DNA of 64,000 bases from an uncultured Bacteroidia bacterium (GTDB lineage: Bacteria; Bacteroidota; Bacteroidia; Bacteroidales; UBA932): contig CADCJX010000001.1 of the NCBI GenBank assembly GCA_902801885.1, forward strand, positions 3,961 to 67,960, read 5' to 3'. Of the stretch, positions 8,522 through 17,563 are shown piece after piece. A program made the translations under genes and the position numbers. Position 1 is the stretch's first letter, and every line of letters begins with the position of its first letter. The notes beneath the pieces were generated by a model that saw nothing but the letters and a program-made list of their open reading frames with translations, did no database searches and had not been told where the DNA came from.

Positions 8522-9433
8522 TTACTCGTAGACTTTCCGGCCGGGTCTGAGGACCATAAAGGCCACAGCGCTGATGCAGACAGCAACTCCGATCCCCATT
8601 TTCATTGTAAGGGGTTCACCGAACAGGAGGGTTCCTATCAGGATTGCCGTCAGGGGCTCAAAGACCCCGAGGATAGATGTCTTCGTGGGACCGATATATC
8701 GGGAGGATACAGCAAGTGTAAGCAGGGAGATCATCGTCGGGACAATGGCAAGGCCGATCAGGTTGCCCCAGTCGGAGGCAGTGTTGATTCCTTCAGTGAT
8801 ACTTCCTCCTTGGAGGGTACGGATGGCTGCGAAAAGAAATGCCCCTGTCAACAGCGCATACAGAGTCAATGTATGCTCGGAGACATTCTTGATACGTTTG
8901 CTCCGGTTGACAATGACAAGGTAGAATGCATAGCTAAGGGCAGATGCGACGGCCAAGATGATGCCAGGAATACGGATGGATGCCCCGGTAGAGGGGCTGG
9001 ATAGCAGGAGAATCCCTCCGAAAGTGGCTATGATGGAAAGCCAGGTCTGCCAACTCGGGTAGAACCGCAGAAAGACCATAATCAGGGCTACAAACACAGG
9101 ATAAAGGTACACCAGGGTCGTGGCCAGGCCTGAAGGAATAAACTCGTAGGAAAAGAACAGGAAGAGGCTGCTGCAAGCGAAAAGAATGCCCAAAAGGACC
9201 AGCAATGCAATCTCATTGCCTTTGACCCGGAACTGTTCCCTTTTTGCGAGCATCCATATGGCAAGAATGGCCGCTGAAATGCCGTAACGGAAAAGGAGCA
9301 TAACAAGAACAGGAACGCCGCTTTCCAGAAGGGGCTTAGCGAACAGAGGATTGGTCCCGTAGGAGACTCCCGCTATGAAACCGGCCAGATACCCTGCCAG
9401 CCGTCTTTTCTTTATGTCGACACCCTGCGCCAT
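8522..9433 (-). CDS. DMT superfamily (EamA-like) transporter
   Basis: 303 aa, about 10 hydrophobic helices, two EamA-like halves. Confidence 0.8.
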   Translation of the reverse strand: MAQGVDIKKRRLAGYLAGFIAGVSYGTNPLFAKPLLESGVPVLVMLLFRYGISAAILAIWMLAKREQFRVKGNEIALLVLLGILFACSSLFLFFSYEFIPSGLATTLVYLYPVFVALIMVFLRFYPSWQTWLSIIATFGGILLLSSPSTGASIRIPGIILAVASALSYAFYLVIVNRSKRIKNVSEHTLTLYALLTGAFLFAAIRTLQGGSITEGINTASDWGNLIGLAIVPTMISLLTLAVSSRYIGPTKTSILGVFEPLTAILIGTLLFGEPLTMKMGIGVAVCISAVAFMVLRPGRKVYE

Positions 9434-9459
9434 AAATTGTATTCGTAAATAATGGGGCG

Positions 9460-9467
9460 CAAAGATA
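9460..9467 (-). promoter_or_regulatory. -7 promoter box (TATCTTTG on minus strand)
   Basis: The plus-strand caaagata sits 27 nt upstream of the start at 9433. Confidence 0.4.
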
Positions 9468-9606
9468 CTGTTTTTTGTAGACTATCCCTCCTACGGCCGC
9501 TCTATATTACCAAAAGAAGAAGCCATCTGACGGCCTGAATCGAATGCTTTCCGGAGATCGTCTTCCCAATGAGCGTCTATCCATTAGCTCTACAAATCCG
9601 AATTCA

Positions 9607-10338
9607 TTAGTCCGGTTGCTGGCCATCGTGAGCCTTCCACGCGCACTCGGTTATCTTCATATCGGTGAACTTAGCTGTGAACGAAGACTCTTCGGGCGAA
9701 CAGGCATAGATTCCAAAACTGATTTCGTCGACACCGGCATACATGTGGCATATGCGCATCTGGCTGAAATCCACACCATCGGTAGAGCACTCGATGCAGT
9801 AGTCATCTTCACGCCGTGAGAAGCGGTACCACATCGTCTTGACATTGGCTGGAATAGCTGTCGTGGCCCAATCGCTGTAGCCTTTATTGGTTGCCACGCT
9901 GCCAAGATGCTGGAACTCCTCGTTCTCATATTCCACTGATCCTTTTAACCAGTTCTCCGAGTCAAGATACATCACGATACCGCACTGGTCGAAGCGGTGA
10001 TGGCTCTCTGAGAAATCGGTCTTCACAACAAAACTGAAGAACTTCTCACGGGTCTTCATCTGTAACACAGGAGCGTTGTCGTTCTGGAAGTGATAGTACG
10101 TGCGCTGCCACAGGTCGGTCTTGGGAGCCGTTGTGACAATGAGAGTATCACCCTTCACATCGAAAGCCATAGGCTCTCTTGTCCACTGAAGACCGTCCAA
10201 GTCTATGCGTCCACTGTCATCAAGCGCTTCTTTTACCTGATCTATAAACTCCGCCGTCGTTTCTTCTTGTTTTGTCTGTTGTCCGCAAGCCATGACCATC
10301 ATGGTAAGGCAAAGCATTGTTAGGCAGTTTATTCGCAT
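9607..10338 (-). CDS. DUF1349 domain (concanavalin-like) lipoprotein
   Basis: The lipobox is MVMACGQ. The body reads ..YYHFQNDNAPVL..FSFVVKTDF..HRFDQCGIVMYLDSENWLKGSVEYEN..GYSDWATT.., typical of DUF1349. Confidence 0.8.
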   Translation of the reverse strand: MRINCLTMLCLTMMVMACGQQTKQEETTAEFIDQVKEALDDSGRIDLDGLQWTREPMAFDVKGDTLIVTTAPKTDLWQRTYYHFQNDNAPVLQMKTREKFFSFVVKTDFSESHHRFDQCGIVMYLDSENWLKGSVEYENEEFQHLGSVATNKGYSDWATTAIPANVKTMWYRFSRREDDYCIECSTDGVDFSQMRICHMYAGVDEISFGIYACSPEESSFTAKFTDMKITECAWKAHDGQQPD

Positions 10339-10434
10339 ATAAAGTAACTATGTTTGTAATCCAAATGAAGAACGCTCTCAGGGGCTTGTCGGCCCCTGCC
10401 GCTTGGCAGACCCCCGAGAAGTTTTTCATATGAA

Positions 10435-11481
10435 ATAAAAAAGATTTTTGTCGGGCTCGACGTCCATTTAAGAAGCTGGTCAGTGACTGTTTTGTCGGAG
10501 CAATCAGTACTGAAGAAATTCACGCAGGATCCAAGTCCAGCTGCTCTGAACAAGTTCTTGACTAACACCTATCCGGGTGCGGAGTACTATTCGGTCTACG
10601 AGGCCGGTTTCTGCGGGTTCTGGATACATTGGGAACTGCAGAACCTAGGAATAAACAACATCGTTGTGAACCCAGCAGATGTGCCGACAATGGCTGGTGA
10701 AAGGCTGAGGAAGACCGATGCTGTTGATAGTGGTAAGCTGGCGAGAAGTCTACGATCCGGAGAATTGAAGGGTATATATGTCCCGGATAGTGTGGCGACT
10801 GAGATTCGCTCTTTGATAAGATTGAGAGACTCGTTGACGAAGGACCAGACGCGTCATAAGAACAGGATAAAAGCCCATCTGAGATATCTGGGGATTGATA
10901 TTCCTGAAGAGTTCTGCCGACCTGGCCGCACATGGACAAACCGGTTTGTCTTATGGCTGAAAGGGTTAAAGTTGGAGACTAAGTATGGAAAGAAGACCCT
11001 GGATTTGCTCATAGCACAATACGAAGATCTCCGTGGGCAGCAACTCAAGATGATGAAGGAACTGCGTGTATTATCAAGGACAGAACGCTTTGATAAGCCA
11101 CTCCAGTTTCTTATGAGCATCCCAGGTATTGGTCAACTGGCCGGTTTGACCATCCTATCCGAGGTAGACGACATCTCCAGGTTCAAGGATGCAGCACACT
11201 TTGCATCGTTCATCGGGATGGTTCCCATGTGCTACTCAAGCGGAGAGCATGATGGAACTGGCAATATCACTGTCAGGCGCCATGCCAAACTCCGTTGGCT
11301 TATTGTTGAAGCCGCGTGGATAGCCTCTCGGAAAGATCCGGTTCTGTCTGCTGCATATGTGGAGTATTGTAGAACGATGAAGCCGAGCAAGGCGATCATT
11401 AAGATCGCACGCCGCCTGGTCAATCGCATTTACTTCGTCATGAAACACCAGCAGCCCTATGTCAACTGCTATGTTTCGTAA
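10435..11481 (+). mobile_element. IS110-family (DEDD) transposase gene; 5' end lacks an in-frame canonical start
   Basis: The open frame reads IKKIFVGLDVHLRSWSVTVLSEQ.. (first DEDD Asp motif) ..YSVYEAGFCGF..KTDAVDSGKLARSL.. and C-terminally SIPGIGQLAGLTILSEVDDISRF..FASFIGMVPMCYSSGE (Transposase_20-like). The only ATG (10430) is out of frame and hits TAA after 2 codons. The first in-frame start is the GTG at 10483, downstream of GLDVH. Element ends were not determined. Confidence 0.8.
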
Positions 11482-11500
11482 AGAGAAAGAAATCCTGTCT

Positions 11501-11650
11501 GGTAAACAGACTTCCTTCGGGAGAGAGTACTTAAATCGGAATGCGGCTTTGTAGTCCGCTCAGCTAAAGTTTGTACCTCCCACCTCAGTAACCTAATGCA
11601 GATACTTGCGGCACTGACCACAGATGTCCGCTTTGGGAAGTTTGTTTACC
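11501..11650 (+). ncRNA. candidate structured RNA 3' of the IS110 transposase (possible bridge/seek RNA)
   Basis: ggtaaacagacttcc (11501-11515) pairs with ggaagtttgtttacc (11636-11650): 14 Watson-Crick pairs plus 1 G-U. This helix encloses ~120 nt with internal GCGG..CCGC hairpins and GTAC/GGG-CCC pairings. There is no ORF. Confidence 0.3.
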
Positions 11651-11893
11651 GAGGATTATACGAGTCTCCTTTGCATCGATCTCTACGAGACCGATGGTTC
11701 GTTATTGTTACGCTCCAAATCAACCATTTTGCAAATGCTTGATTTAGAGCGCGCTAAATAAAAAAGTCAAAAATATTTTGCCTTTTATTTGGATTTCAAC
11801 TGGGAAATCCGATTTATCGAGTTGTTTCATCTGCAAGTCGATGATGTCCTCATGCGTCTTTGAAAGCTTGGCTAAAAAATGTTGAAAACGCAA

Positions 11894-11929
11894 CAAATTT
11901 AGCGGAACCTGCCGATATCAGCAAATAAA
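11894..11929 (-). promoter_or_regulatory. orphan promoter/operator copy resembling the Fic promoter
   Basis: The plus-strand caaattta (reverse complement TAaaTTTG) is followed by an 8-nt spacer and then tgccgatatcagcaaataaa. The Fic promoter has the same layout: caaatata, 8 nt, tgccgacatcggcaaataac, matching at 17 of 20 positions. No intact gene lies downstream. Confidence 0.4.
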
Positions 11930-11971
11930 TACAGGATAATTGACAACCACAGGGATTTGATGTTTTCTAAG

Positions 11972-12835
11972 CTATTGCCCTAAGACGCTGTAAAGCTTCT
12001 GTTCATCCCGATTCGCACGCCTTTTCGGTTGAATGCTTAAACGGTACTCACTGGGCGACTTGCCCAGGTGTTTGGTGCAGTAGCGGCTGAAGTAGGACAG
12101 GGATGAGAAATTCATCATTTCCGAGATCTGCGTGAGCGACAACCGTTCATCGTCCAGGTATTTTTTCAGGATTGGAACGGTGTGCCGGTTGATGTATGAC
12201 ATGACATTGAGACCTGTCACGCGCTTGATGGTGGCAGAGAGGTACTTCGAAGAGACATTGAGACGGTCGGCATAGTACTTCACTTCCCGCTGCGTCCGGC
12301 TGATTCCAGTGGAGAGCAGGTCCATCAGCTGCTTGACGATGTAGGCGGTCCTGTCCGTGTGGGTGTCGGATGCGTCCCTTCTTGTGTGTGCCTCGAAAAT
12401 ATCGTACATCATCGTCAAGCAAAGGCTCCCCATCAGTTCTCGATAAAATTGCAGGTGGGTATCCACCATCCGGTCCTTCAGCCTGTCGAAGTCCGCCAGG
12501 ATATGTCTGGCTTCTTCTTCAGAAAGAGGGATTACGGGATCCTGGTTGAGCGAAATGCTCCCGCCGATGCTGTAATTGTTGCTGGGCAACTGGTTCTGTA
12601 AAAACCGGTTTTCAGCTGCGAACCACGTTACCCGCATATCGGGATTCGCTGCAAGGTCCTTCACCCTGTCCGGCCCGACGATGACCACCAGGTCATTCTT
12701 CTCAATGCAGTAGCGATGTCCGTTGAATATGAAACTCCCCTCCCCGTCCGTGCAAAGAAGATGCAGGCAGAACCCCGAGAGTTCCTGAGAATTCATCGCC
12801 TGGAAATCGGAGGAATATATGAAATCTGTTTTCAT
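11972..12835 (-). CDS. AraC family transcriptional regulator
   Basis: The C-terminus reads ..KYLSATIKRVTGLNVMSYINRHTVPILKKYL..QISEMMNFSSLSYFSRYCTKHLGKSPSEYR. The start is set at MKTDFIY (12835), 17 nt downstream of the -7 box at 12852-12859. Confidence 0.9.
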   Translation of the reverse strand: MKTDFIYSSDFQAMNSQELSGFCLHLLCTDGEGSFIFNGHRYCIEKNDLVVIVGPDRVKDLAANPDMRVTWFAAENRFLQNQLPSNNYSIGGSISLNQDPVIPLSEEEARHILADFDRLKDRMVDTHLQFYRELMGSLCLTMMYDIFEAHTRRDASDTHTDRTAYIVKQLMDLLSTGISRTQREVKYYADRLNVSSKYLSATIKRVTGLNVMSYINRHTVPILKKYLDDERLSLTQISEMMNFSSLSYFSRYCTKHLGKSPSEYRLSIQPKRRANRDEQKLYSVLGQ

Positions 12836-12851
12836 GCAATCGTTATCTGCG

Positions 12852-12859
12852 CAAAAATA
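12852..12859 (-). promoter_or_regulatory. -7 promoter box (TATTTTTG on minus strand)
   Basis: This is plus-strand caaaaata. It lies inside the longer ORF-track prediction, which supports the shorter start. Confidence 0.45.
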
Positions 12860-12926
12860 GGAAGAATTGTGTAAAATGTGAAAATAGTAACGTTTTTTGT
12901 GAAAGAACGAAAAGGGTAAAGCTCTG

Positions 12927-12934
12927 TAATTTTG
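12927..12934 (+). promoter_or_regulatory. -7 promoter box TAATTTTG
   Basis: It sits 31 nt upstream of the start at 12965 and is divergent from the AraC promoter. Confidence 0.4.
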
Positions 12935-12964
12935 TATCGGAAACACATAGAACAGTAATCTCTT

Positions 12965-13642
12965 ATGCTAAAAACAGGTATGAAAAGACATTTGGCAGCA
13001 TTTACGGTCCTAACCCTGCTGTCTCTTTTCCCCTTTATCTCCTGCGAGAAAGCGGATCCTGACAATTCCGGATCCGGGGATCAGGAGAATACAGAGAACA
13101 CCCAGCAGTCGGAGGATAATACCGATCCGGGAAAGATCCTGATTGTCTATTACAGCTACACCGGACACTGCGACGAGATCGTCACAGCACTTTCCTCCAA
13201 CCTGGAGAAGGCTGACAAGCTACGCATCCGGGAAGTTGAAGAGGGTGTCGACTACAATGCAAATAACTATAAACTCGGCAGCGACCTGATCAATGCTATA
13301 AAAAAGGCACCTGGCCAGGCATCCAGCTATCCCGCCATAAAAAGCGTTGAAAAGAAGACCGGGGATTACGAAACCATCATCGTGGTGACTCCTCTCTGGC
13401 ACAGCCAGATGGCCGCCATCATGCAGACCTACCTGTTCCAGAACGGTGCAGCAATGAAAGGGAAGAACATCGGTCTAGTGGTCTCCAGCGCCTCTTCAGG
13501 CATTTCCGGCGTTGAGTCCGACGCCAAGCGCCTGATTCCAGATGGCAAGTTCTATGGCCCAAGCCTCTGGATCAACAATTCAAACCGCTCCAATCGTCAG
13601 AGCCTCGTAAAGGAGTGGCTGGAGAAAAACAAGATCAAGTAA
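12965..13642 (+). CDS. flavodoxin-like lipoprotein
   Basis: The lipobox is LFPFISCEK, followed by a low-complexity linker and then ILIVYYSYTGHCDEI..TIIVVTPLWHSQMA.. (flavodoxin-like). Confidence 0.75.
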   Translation: MLKTGMKRHLAAFTVLTLLSLFPFISCEKADPDNSGSGDQENTENTQQSEDNTDPGKILIVYYSYTGHCDEIVTALSSNLEKADKLRIREVEEGVDYNANNYKLGSDLINAIKKAPGQASSYPAIKSVEKKTGDYETIIVVTPLWHSQMAAIMQTYLFQNGAAMKGKNIGLVVSSASSGISGVESDAKRLIPDGKFYGPSLWINNSNRSNRQSLVKEWLEKNKIK

Positions 13643-13664
13643 TCACTCATAGCAAAAAAATCAC

Positions 13665-14405
13665 ATGGATATGAACCTCCGCAAACTATCAGTCATCTTC
13701 ACGTTACTTGCCCTGGCCATTCCTTCCAGAGCACAGGTTACAATAAATATCCGCTATACCGGCAAAAACGGCGGTGCGCGTGACTATGTCAAGGAGATGG
13801 AAGAGAGCGGGATCGCTGCCCGTATCCGTGCCGTCGCAGGCTGCCTCCGCTACGATTATTTCTTTCCCGCCGATGATCCGGAGGGTTTGCTGCTCATTGA
13901 TGAGTGGGCCGACCAGGAAGCATTGAACCGCTATCACTCCTCTCCCATGATGGGTGAGGCTGCGGCCCTGCGAGAGAAGTACAGCCTAGGTGGCAGGAAA
14001 GTGACGATGTTCAACCCTGTCGGCAGAGCAACCTGGCCAAAGGGTGAGCCCAACAATGCCTACTCGCAGTACTTCACCGGACAGAGTTACCTCAATCCCC
14101 TGCCGGGCGGCTACGCCAACGTCACATTCGAACCCGGGTGCCGCAACAACTGGCACGTCCATCACGGGGCCGTGCAGGTGCTCATCTGCGTATCCGGCCG
14201 CGGCTGGTACCAAGAGTGGGGCAAACCGGCCGTCCCGCTGACTCCCGGAACCATCATCGAAGTACCCGAGGGAGTCAAGCATTGGCACGGAGCTGCCGCA
14301 GACAGTTGGATGCAGCACCTCGCCCTTCACAAGGACGTTCAGCCTGGCTCGACGAACGAGTGGCTGGAGCCGGTATCAGACGAGCAGTACAGGAGCGTAC
14401 GATAA
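13665..14405 (+). CDS. exported ABM (antibiotic biosynthesis monooxygenase-like) - cupin fusion protein
   Basis: A signal peptide ..LALAIPSRAQ leads into an ABM-like N-half (..CLRYDYFFPADDPEGLLLIDEWADQEALNRYHSSP..). The cupin C-half reads ANVTFEPGCRNNWHVHHGAVQVLICVSGRGWYQEWGK..GVKHWHGA. Confidence 0.8.
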   Translation: MDMNLRKLSVIFTLLALAIPSRAQVTINIRYTGKNGGARDYVKEMEESGIAARIRAVAGCLRYDYFFPADDPEGLLLIDEWADQEALNRYHSSPMMGEAAALREKYSLGGRKVTMFNPVGRATWPKGEPNNAYSQYFTGQSYLNPLPGGYANVTFEPGCRNNWHVHHGAVQVLICVSGRGWYQEWGKPAVPLTPGTIIEVPEGVKHWHGAAADSWMQHLALHKDVQPGSTNEWLEPVSDEQYRSVR

Positions 14406-14511
14406 TGGACAGACGTGATTTTATCATGACGCTTATATTCGGCCACATCGGCCGGTAATGATCAGTACCAATCGTGCTTTTCATTTCGGTTCTGCGATAT
14501 GCGTAGTACTT

Positions 14512-15591
14512 CTAGAGGTTATCCCTGAAAAATTTTTCCATCTTGTCGTAAGGAATCACTCCAGCAACATCGTCGTAGAGATCTACATGGGATGCTCCGG
14601 GGATGATAAGGAGCTCTTTATTGCCTTCCTTTGCGCTTTCTCCGACTACATGCTTTCCGGTCATGCGCTCAAAAGCATACTCGCTGAAATAGCGGCTATG
14701 GGCCTTCCCGCCGTGGATGAGAAGTACTGGAGCCTCGATCTCTCCCGCCCAGGCAAGGAGGGGCTGGTTCAGGAAACTCTGGCAGCCGATAATGTTCCAG
14801 CCGTCGTTGGAGTTGCCACTGCGCTCGTGATAGCCGCGTGGAGTCTTGTAATAAGCGTGATAATCCTTTACAAACCAAGGCGCATCCTCAGGAAGCGGAT
14901 CAACGACGCCGCCTGCACGCTCATAAGTTCCGGAGGCAAAATCCTTAGTGCGCTGCGCAGCCAGGGCACGGCGTTTTTCCTGACGCTGAGCAGGAGTATC
15001 TTCACTGGCGAAGTAACCCTCGACGTTCACCTTGCTCATGTCATACATCGTGGATGCGATGGTTGCTTTAATACGGGGATCCAAGGCTGCAGCATTGACT
15101 GCCATACCGCCAAAACCGCAGATGCCGATAATGCCGATGCGTTCAGGTGCCACCAGATCGCAGTTTGACAGGAAATCGACAGCCGCAAGGAAATCCTCCG
15201 TATTGATGTCCGGGGAGGCCATCCTGCGTGGCTCACCGCCTGATTCACCGGTAAAAGAAGGATCGAATGCAAGGGTCAGGAATCCTCTTTCTGCCATATG
15301 CTGGGCATAAAGGCCGCTGGACTGCTCCTTCACGGCGCCAAAAGGACCGCTTACCGCAATGGCGGAAAGCTTGCCGGAAGCGTTTTTAGGAATATACATA
15401 TCCGCAGCCAGTTCAATGCCGTAGCGGTTATGGAAGGTAACCTTGCGGTGGTTCACCAGTTCAGATTTCGGGAAAGTTTTGTCCCACTCCTGGGTAAGAT
15501 TCAATGCGCTCATATTCTCGTTTGTGTTTGGTTTGCAGGCAAGCAGTGTCAGGGCTGCAACGGAAACTGCGGTGATATGCTTGATAGTCAT
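14512..15591 (-). CDS. alpha/beta hydrolase lipoprotein (dienelactone-hydrolase/YcjY-like)
   Basis: The lipobox is LTLLACKPN. The fold pattern reads ..AVSGPFGAVKEQ..IGIIGICGFGGMA (elbow-like motif, possibly a Cys nucleophile) ..LLIHGGKAHS.. Confidence 0.75.
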   Translation of the reverse strand: MTIKHITAVSVAALTLLACKPNTNENMSALNLTQEWDKTFPKSELVNHRKVTFHNRYGIELAADMYIPKNASGKLSAIAVSGPFGAVKEQSSGLYAQHMAERGFLTLAFDPSFTGESGGEPRRMASPDINTEDFLAAVDFLSNCDLVAPERIGIIGICGFGGMAVNAAALDPRIKATIASTMYDMSKVNVEGYFASEDTPAQRQEKRRALAAQRTKDFASGTYERAGGVVDPLPEDAPWFVKDYHAYYKTPRGYHERSGNSNDGWNIIGCQSFLNQPLLAWAGEIEAPVLLIHGGKAHSRYFSEYAFERMTGKHVVGESAKEGNKELLIIPGASHVDLYDDVAGVIPYDKMEKFFRDNL

Positions 15592-15611
15592 TTAACTTAG
15601 ATTTTGTAATG

Positions 15612-15619
15612 CAAAGGTA
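15612..15619 (-). promoter_or_regulatory. -7 promoter box (TACCTTTG on minus strand)
   Basis: The plus-strand caaaggta sits 21 nt upstream of the start at 15591. Confidence 0.4.
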
Positions 15620-15685
15620 AACGGTCTGCATGGGATTATCTTACCTTTTTTTGTCCAATAATAACCAATAGCGCAGAAACTATCT

Positions 15686-15693
15686 TATATTTG
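15686..15693 (+). promoter_or_regulatory. -7 promoter box TATATTTG
   Basis: It sits 27 nt upstream of the AraC start at 15720. Confidence 0.4.
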
Positions 15694-15719
15694 CAATAAC
15701 ATATACCTTTTTAAGCAGA

Positions 15720-16625
15720 ATGAAGAATATTCTACACATTACCGAACCCAATGTGTACGCCCGTTCAATAGGGGCTCCGGAATTGCATCCTCTTGTAAGC
15801 GTAATCCATTATGACGAAGTGTCGCCAGTCCGTACCAGCCTTAACCGCTACGGCGTTTACGGACTCTTCATCCAGCGAAACTTCCCTAAGAACCTGACAT
15901 ACGGAATGAAAATGTTTGATGCCGCCGATGGGTCCATATTTGCAGCGGAGCCTGGACAAATCGGTGGCAAAGAAGATGATGGTGAAGATCTATATATCAA
16001 TGGGTGGGCATTGTTGTTTTCTGCCGAGCTCCTCAGGGGAACCGATCTGGAAGCGAAGATGAAGGACTATCACTACTTCTCCTACTTCGCTACAGAAACC
16101 TTGAAAATGGAGCCTTCGGAATGGGGACGGATCACCCAGTTGCTCACTCAGCTCAGGCACGAACTGCAGGAAAATGAGGATTCCCCAGCATTGCGGAATG
16201 TCATTCTGGGATACATACGTCTTATCCTGGAATACTGCCAGCGTATCTATCTGCGCCAGCTTTCACAGGAAGACAAGACGTCATCGGACATCCTCAAACG
16301 CTTCCACAACCTGCTAAGGGAGTATTATCTGGACGGAAGGCAAATGGATCTCGGCATCCCTTCCGTCCAGTACTGCGCAAACGAGATGGCTTATTCACCC
16401 CGGTATCTTGGCGACGTGATCCACAAATCTACAGGCGGTACTGCCATCGGCTACATCCATTCTTTCGTTATAGAACAGGGCAAGAGCTTATTGATGAATG
16501 GCAACAACGTTGGCGAATCCGCACTCTTGCTAGGCTTCGAGTATCCGCACCACTTCACGCGTCTCTTCAAAAAGGTAACCGGCATCACGCCGACAGAGTT
16601 TCTAGGAGCTAAAACTAACAGTTAA
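15720..16625 (+). CDS. AraC family transcriptional regulator
   Basis: The C-terminus reads ..RYLGDVIHKSTGGTAIGYIHSFVIEQGKSLL..LLGFEYPHHFTRLFKKVTGITPTEF. The N-terminus GAPELHPLVSVIHYDE is shared with the paralog at 28182-29093. Confidence 0.9.
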   Translation: MKNILHITEPNVYARSIGAPELHPLVSVIHYDEVSPVRTSLNRYGVYGLFIQRNFPKNLTYGMKMFDAADGSIFAAEPGQIGGKEDDGEDLYINGWALLFSAELLRGTDLEAKMKDYHYFSYFATETLKMEPSEWGRITQLLTQLRHELQENEDSPALRNVILGYIRLILEYCQRIYLRQLSQEDKTSSDILKRFHNLLREYYLDGRQMDLGIPSVQYCANEMAYSPRYLGDVIHKSTGGTAIGYIHSFVIEQGKSLLMNGNNVGESALLLGFEYPHHFTRLFKKVTGITPTEFLGAKTNS

Positions 16626-16632
16626 ATCCAAC

Positions 16633-17562
16633 TCATTCGGGAGTCCAGATATCGTCCAGATCCACCAGTTCGACATCTTTGCAACGTCCACATCGTCCAC
16701 AGCCTGCGCAGGCGAATGCCATGGTACATTCAGCACAGCGATGGCGGTTGTACATTGGATGATAAAGCTCTTCCGGAGTAAGAAGGGTGCCATATTCCGG
16801 ATCATACAGATTAAACCGGACGGGGCCGAAATAATGGCTCAATCCGGAGCGGAATGCCTGATGGAGCTGCGTCTTCTGGTCTGGGATCTGATAGCTGCGC
16901 CCGTCTTTGATGAATACCTCTCCGGTGGAATCGAACGCGAAGTTCACCCTATGCCGGGCACAGGCATCGCTGATCTGCTTTACCCATTCGTATCGGCATG
17001 GCCTAAGACCTCCATATGCTTCACCGCCAAGGTCGACGTGTTCGATCTGTCCTGAGGAAAGGGCCGGTTCAATGTCAATGGGGCCGATAAGGGGAGAAAG
17101 GTTCATGCCTTTGTGCCTGGCGGGAATGTCCCGAAGGATGGGCCAGCGCTCGTCAAAGGCACGCTGGTTCTCACAGGTAACATTGAGCTGAACGTTTTCA
17201 TAGCCATCGCCCCAGTCTGGCGGCAGATGGTCAGCCATACGGAGCGCCCGTTTGGTGAGAATATAGAACTTTACATCCGAACGGTAGCGGATGATATGCC
17301 ACATCTCTTCCCGCCAGGGATCAGCCTCTTCCAGAAAGGTATCTGATGTCATGTTCACCCGCACCCAATAGCCGGGAGGGACCTTGAAGTTTCCTTTCCG
17401 GTCCCGTTCCATGGGCTTGGAGAAATACCTGGTGAGGAATATCTCAGTGGACTGTCCCGGAACCTTGTGGGCTTTATCCAGTACGAACATATAGCAGTTG
17501 GCGCAGCCTTCACTGTACTTCCTGCATCCGTGCCACGGGTTCCAAGACTTGAGGTCAATCAT
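16633..17562 (-). CDS. DUF5131 (phage Gp37/Gp68 family) protein with Cys-rich C-terminal extension
   Basis: The N-terminus is WNPWHGCRKYSEGCANCYM (the family's three-Cys motif, here CX6CX2C). The C-terminus is RCAECTMAFACAGCGRCGRC (16681-16737). Confidence 0.8.
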   Translation of the reverse strand: MIDLKSWNPWHGCRKYSEGCANCYMFVLDKAHKVPGQSTEIFLTRYFSKPMERDRKGNFKVPPGYWVRVNMTSDTFLEEADPWREEMWHIIRYRSDVKFYILTKRALRMADHLPPDWGDGYENVQLNVTCENQRAFDERWPILRDIPARHKGMNLSPLIGPIDIEPALSSGQIEHVDLGGEAYGGLRPCRYEWVKQISDACARHRVNFAFDSTGEVFIKDGRSYQIPDQKTQLHQAFRSGLSHYFGPVRFNLYDPEYGTLLTPEELYHPMYNRHRCAECTMAFACAGCGRCGRCKDVELVDLDDIWTPE

Positions 17563-17563
17563 T

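Noticed and set aside
10411-11525. Possible terminal inverted repeats of the IS110 element (cccccgagaagt at 10411-10422 versus acttccttcgggag at about 11510-11523).
   Set aside because: The match needs indels and is only about 9-10 nt. IS110-family elements often lack terminal inverted repeats, so I could not define the element boundaries from this single copy.
11770-11860. A small minus-strand ORF (MKQLDKSDFPVEIQIKGKIFLTFLFSAL, 28 aa) downstream of the orphan promoter.
   Set aside because: It is too short, has no family resemblance beyond a 6-aa EDIIDL match just upstream of it, and ends in an A/T-rich low-complexity stretch. I treat it as debris of a deleted gene rather than a gene.
14458-15168. 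A 236-aa plus-strand ORF. The same applies to the other long shadow ORFs at 36044-36607, 40431-41030, 41053-41709 and 42354-43638.
   Set aside because: Each is antisense or out of frame to a gene with clear family signatures. I treat them as shadow ORFs.
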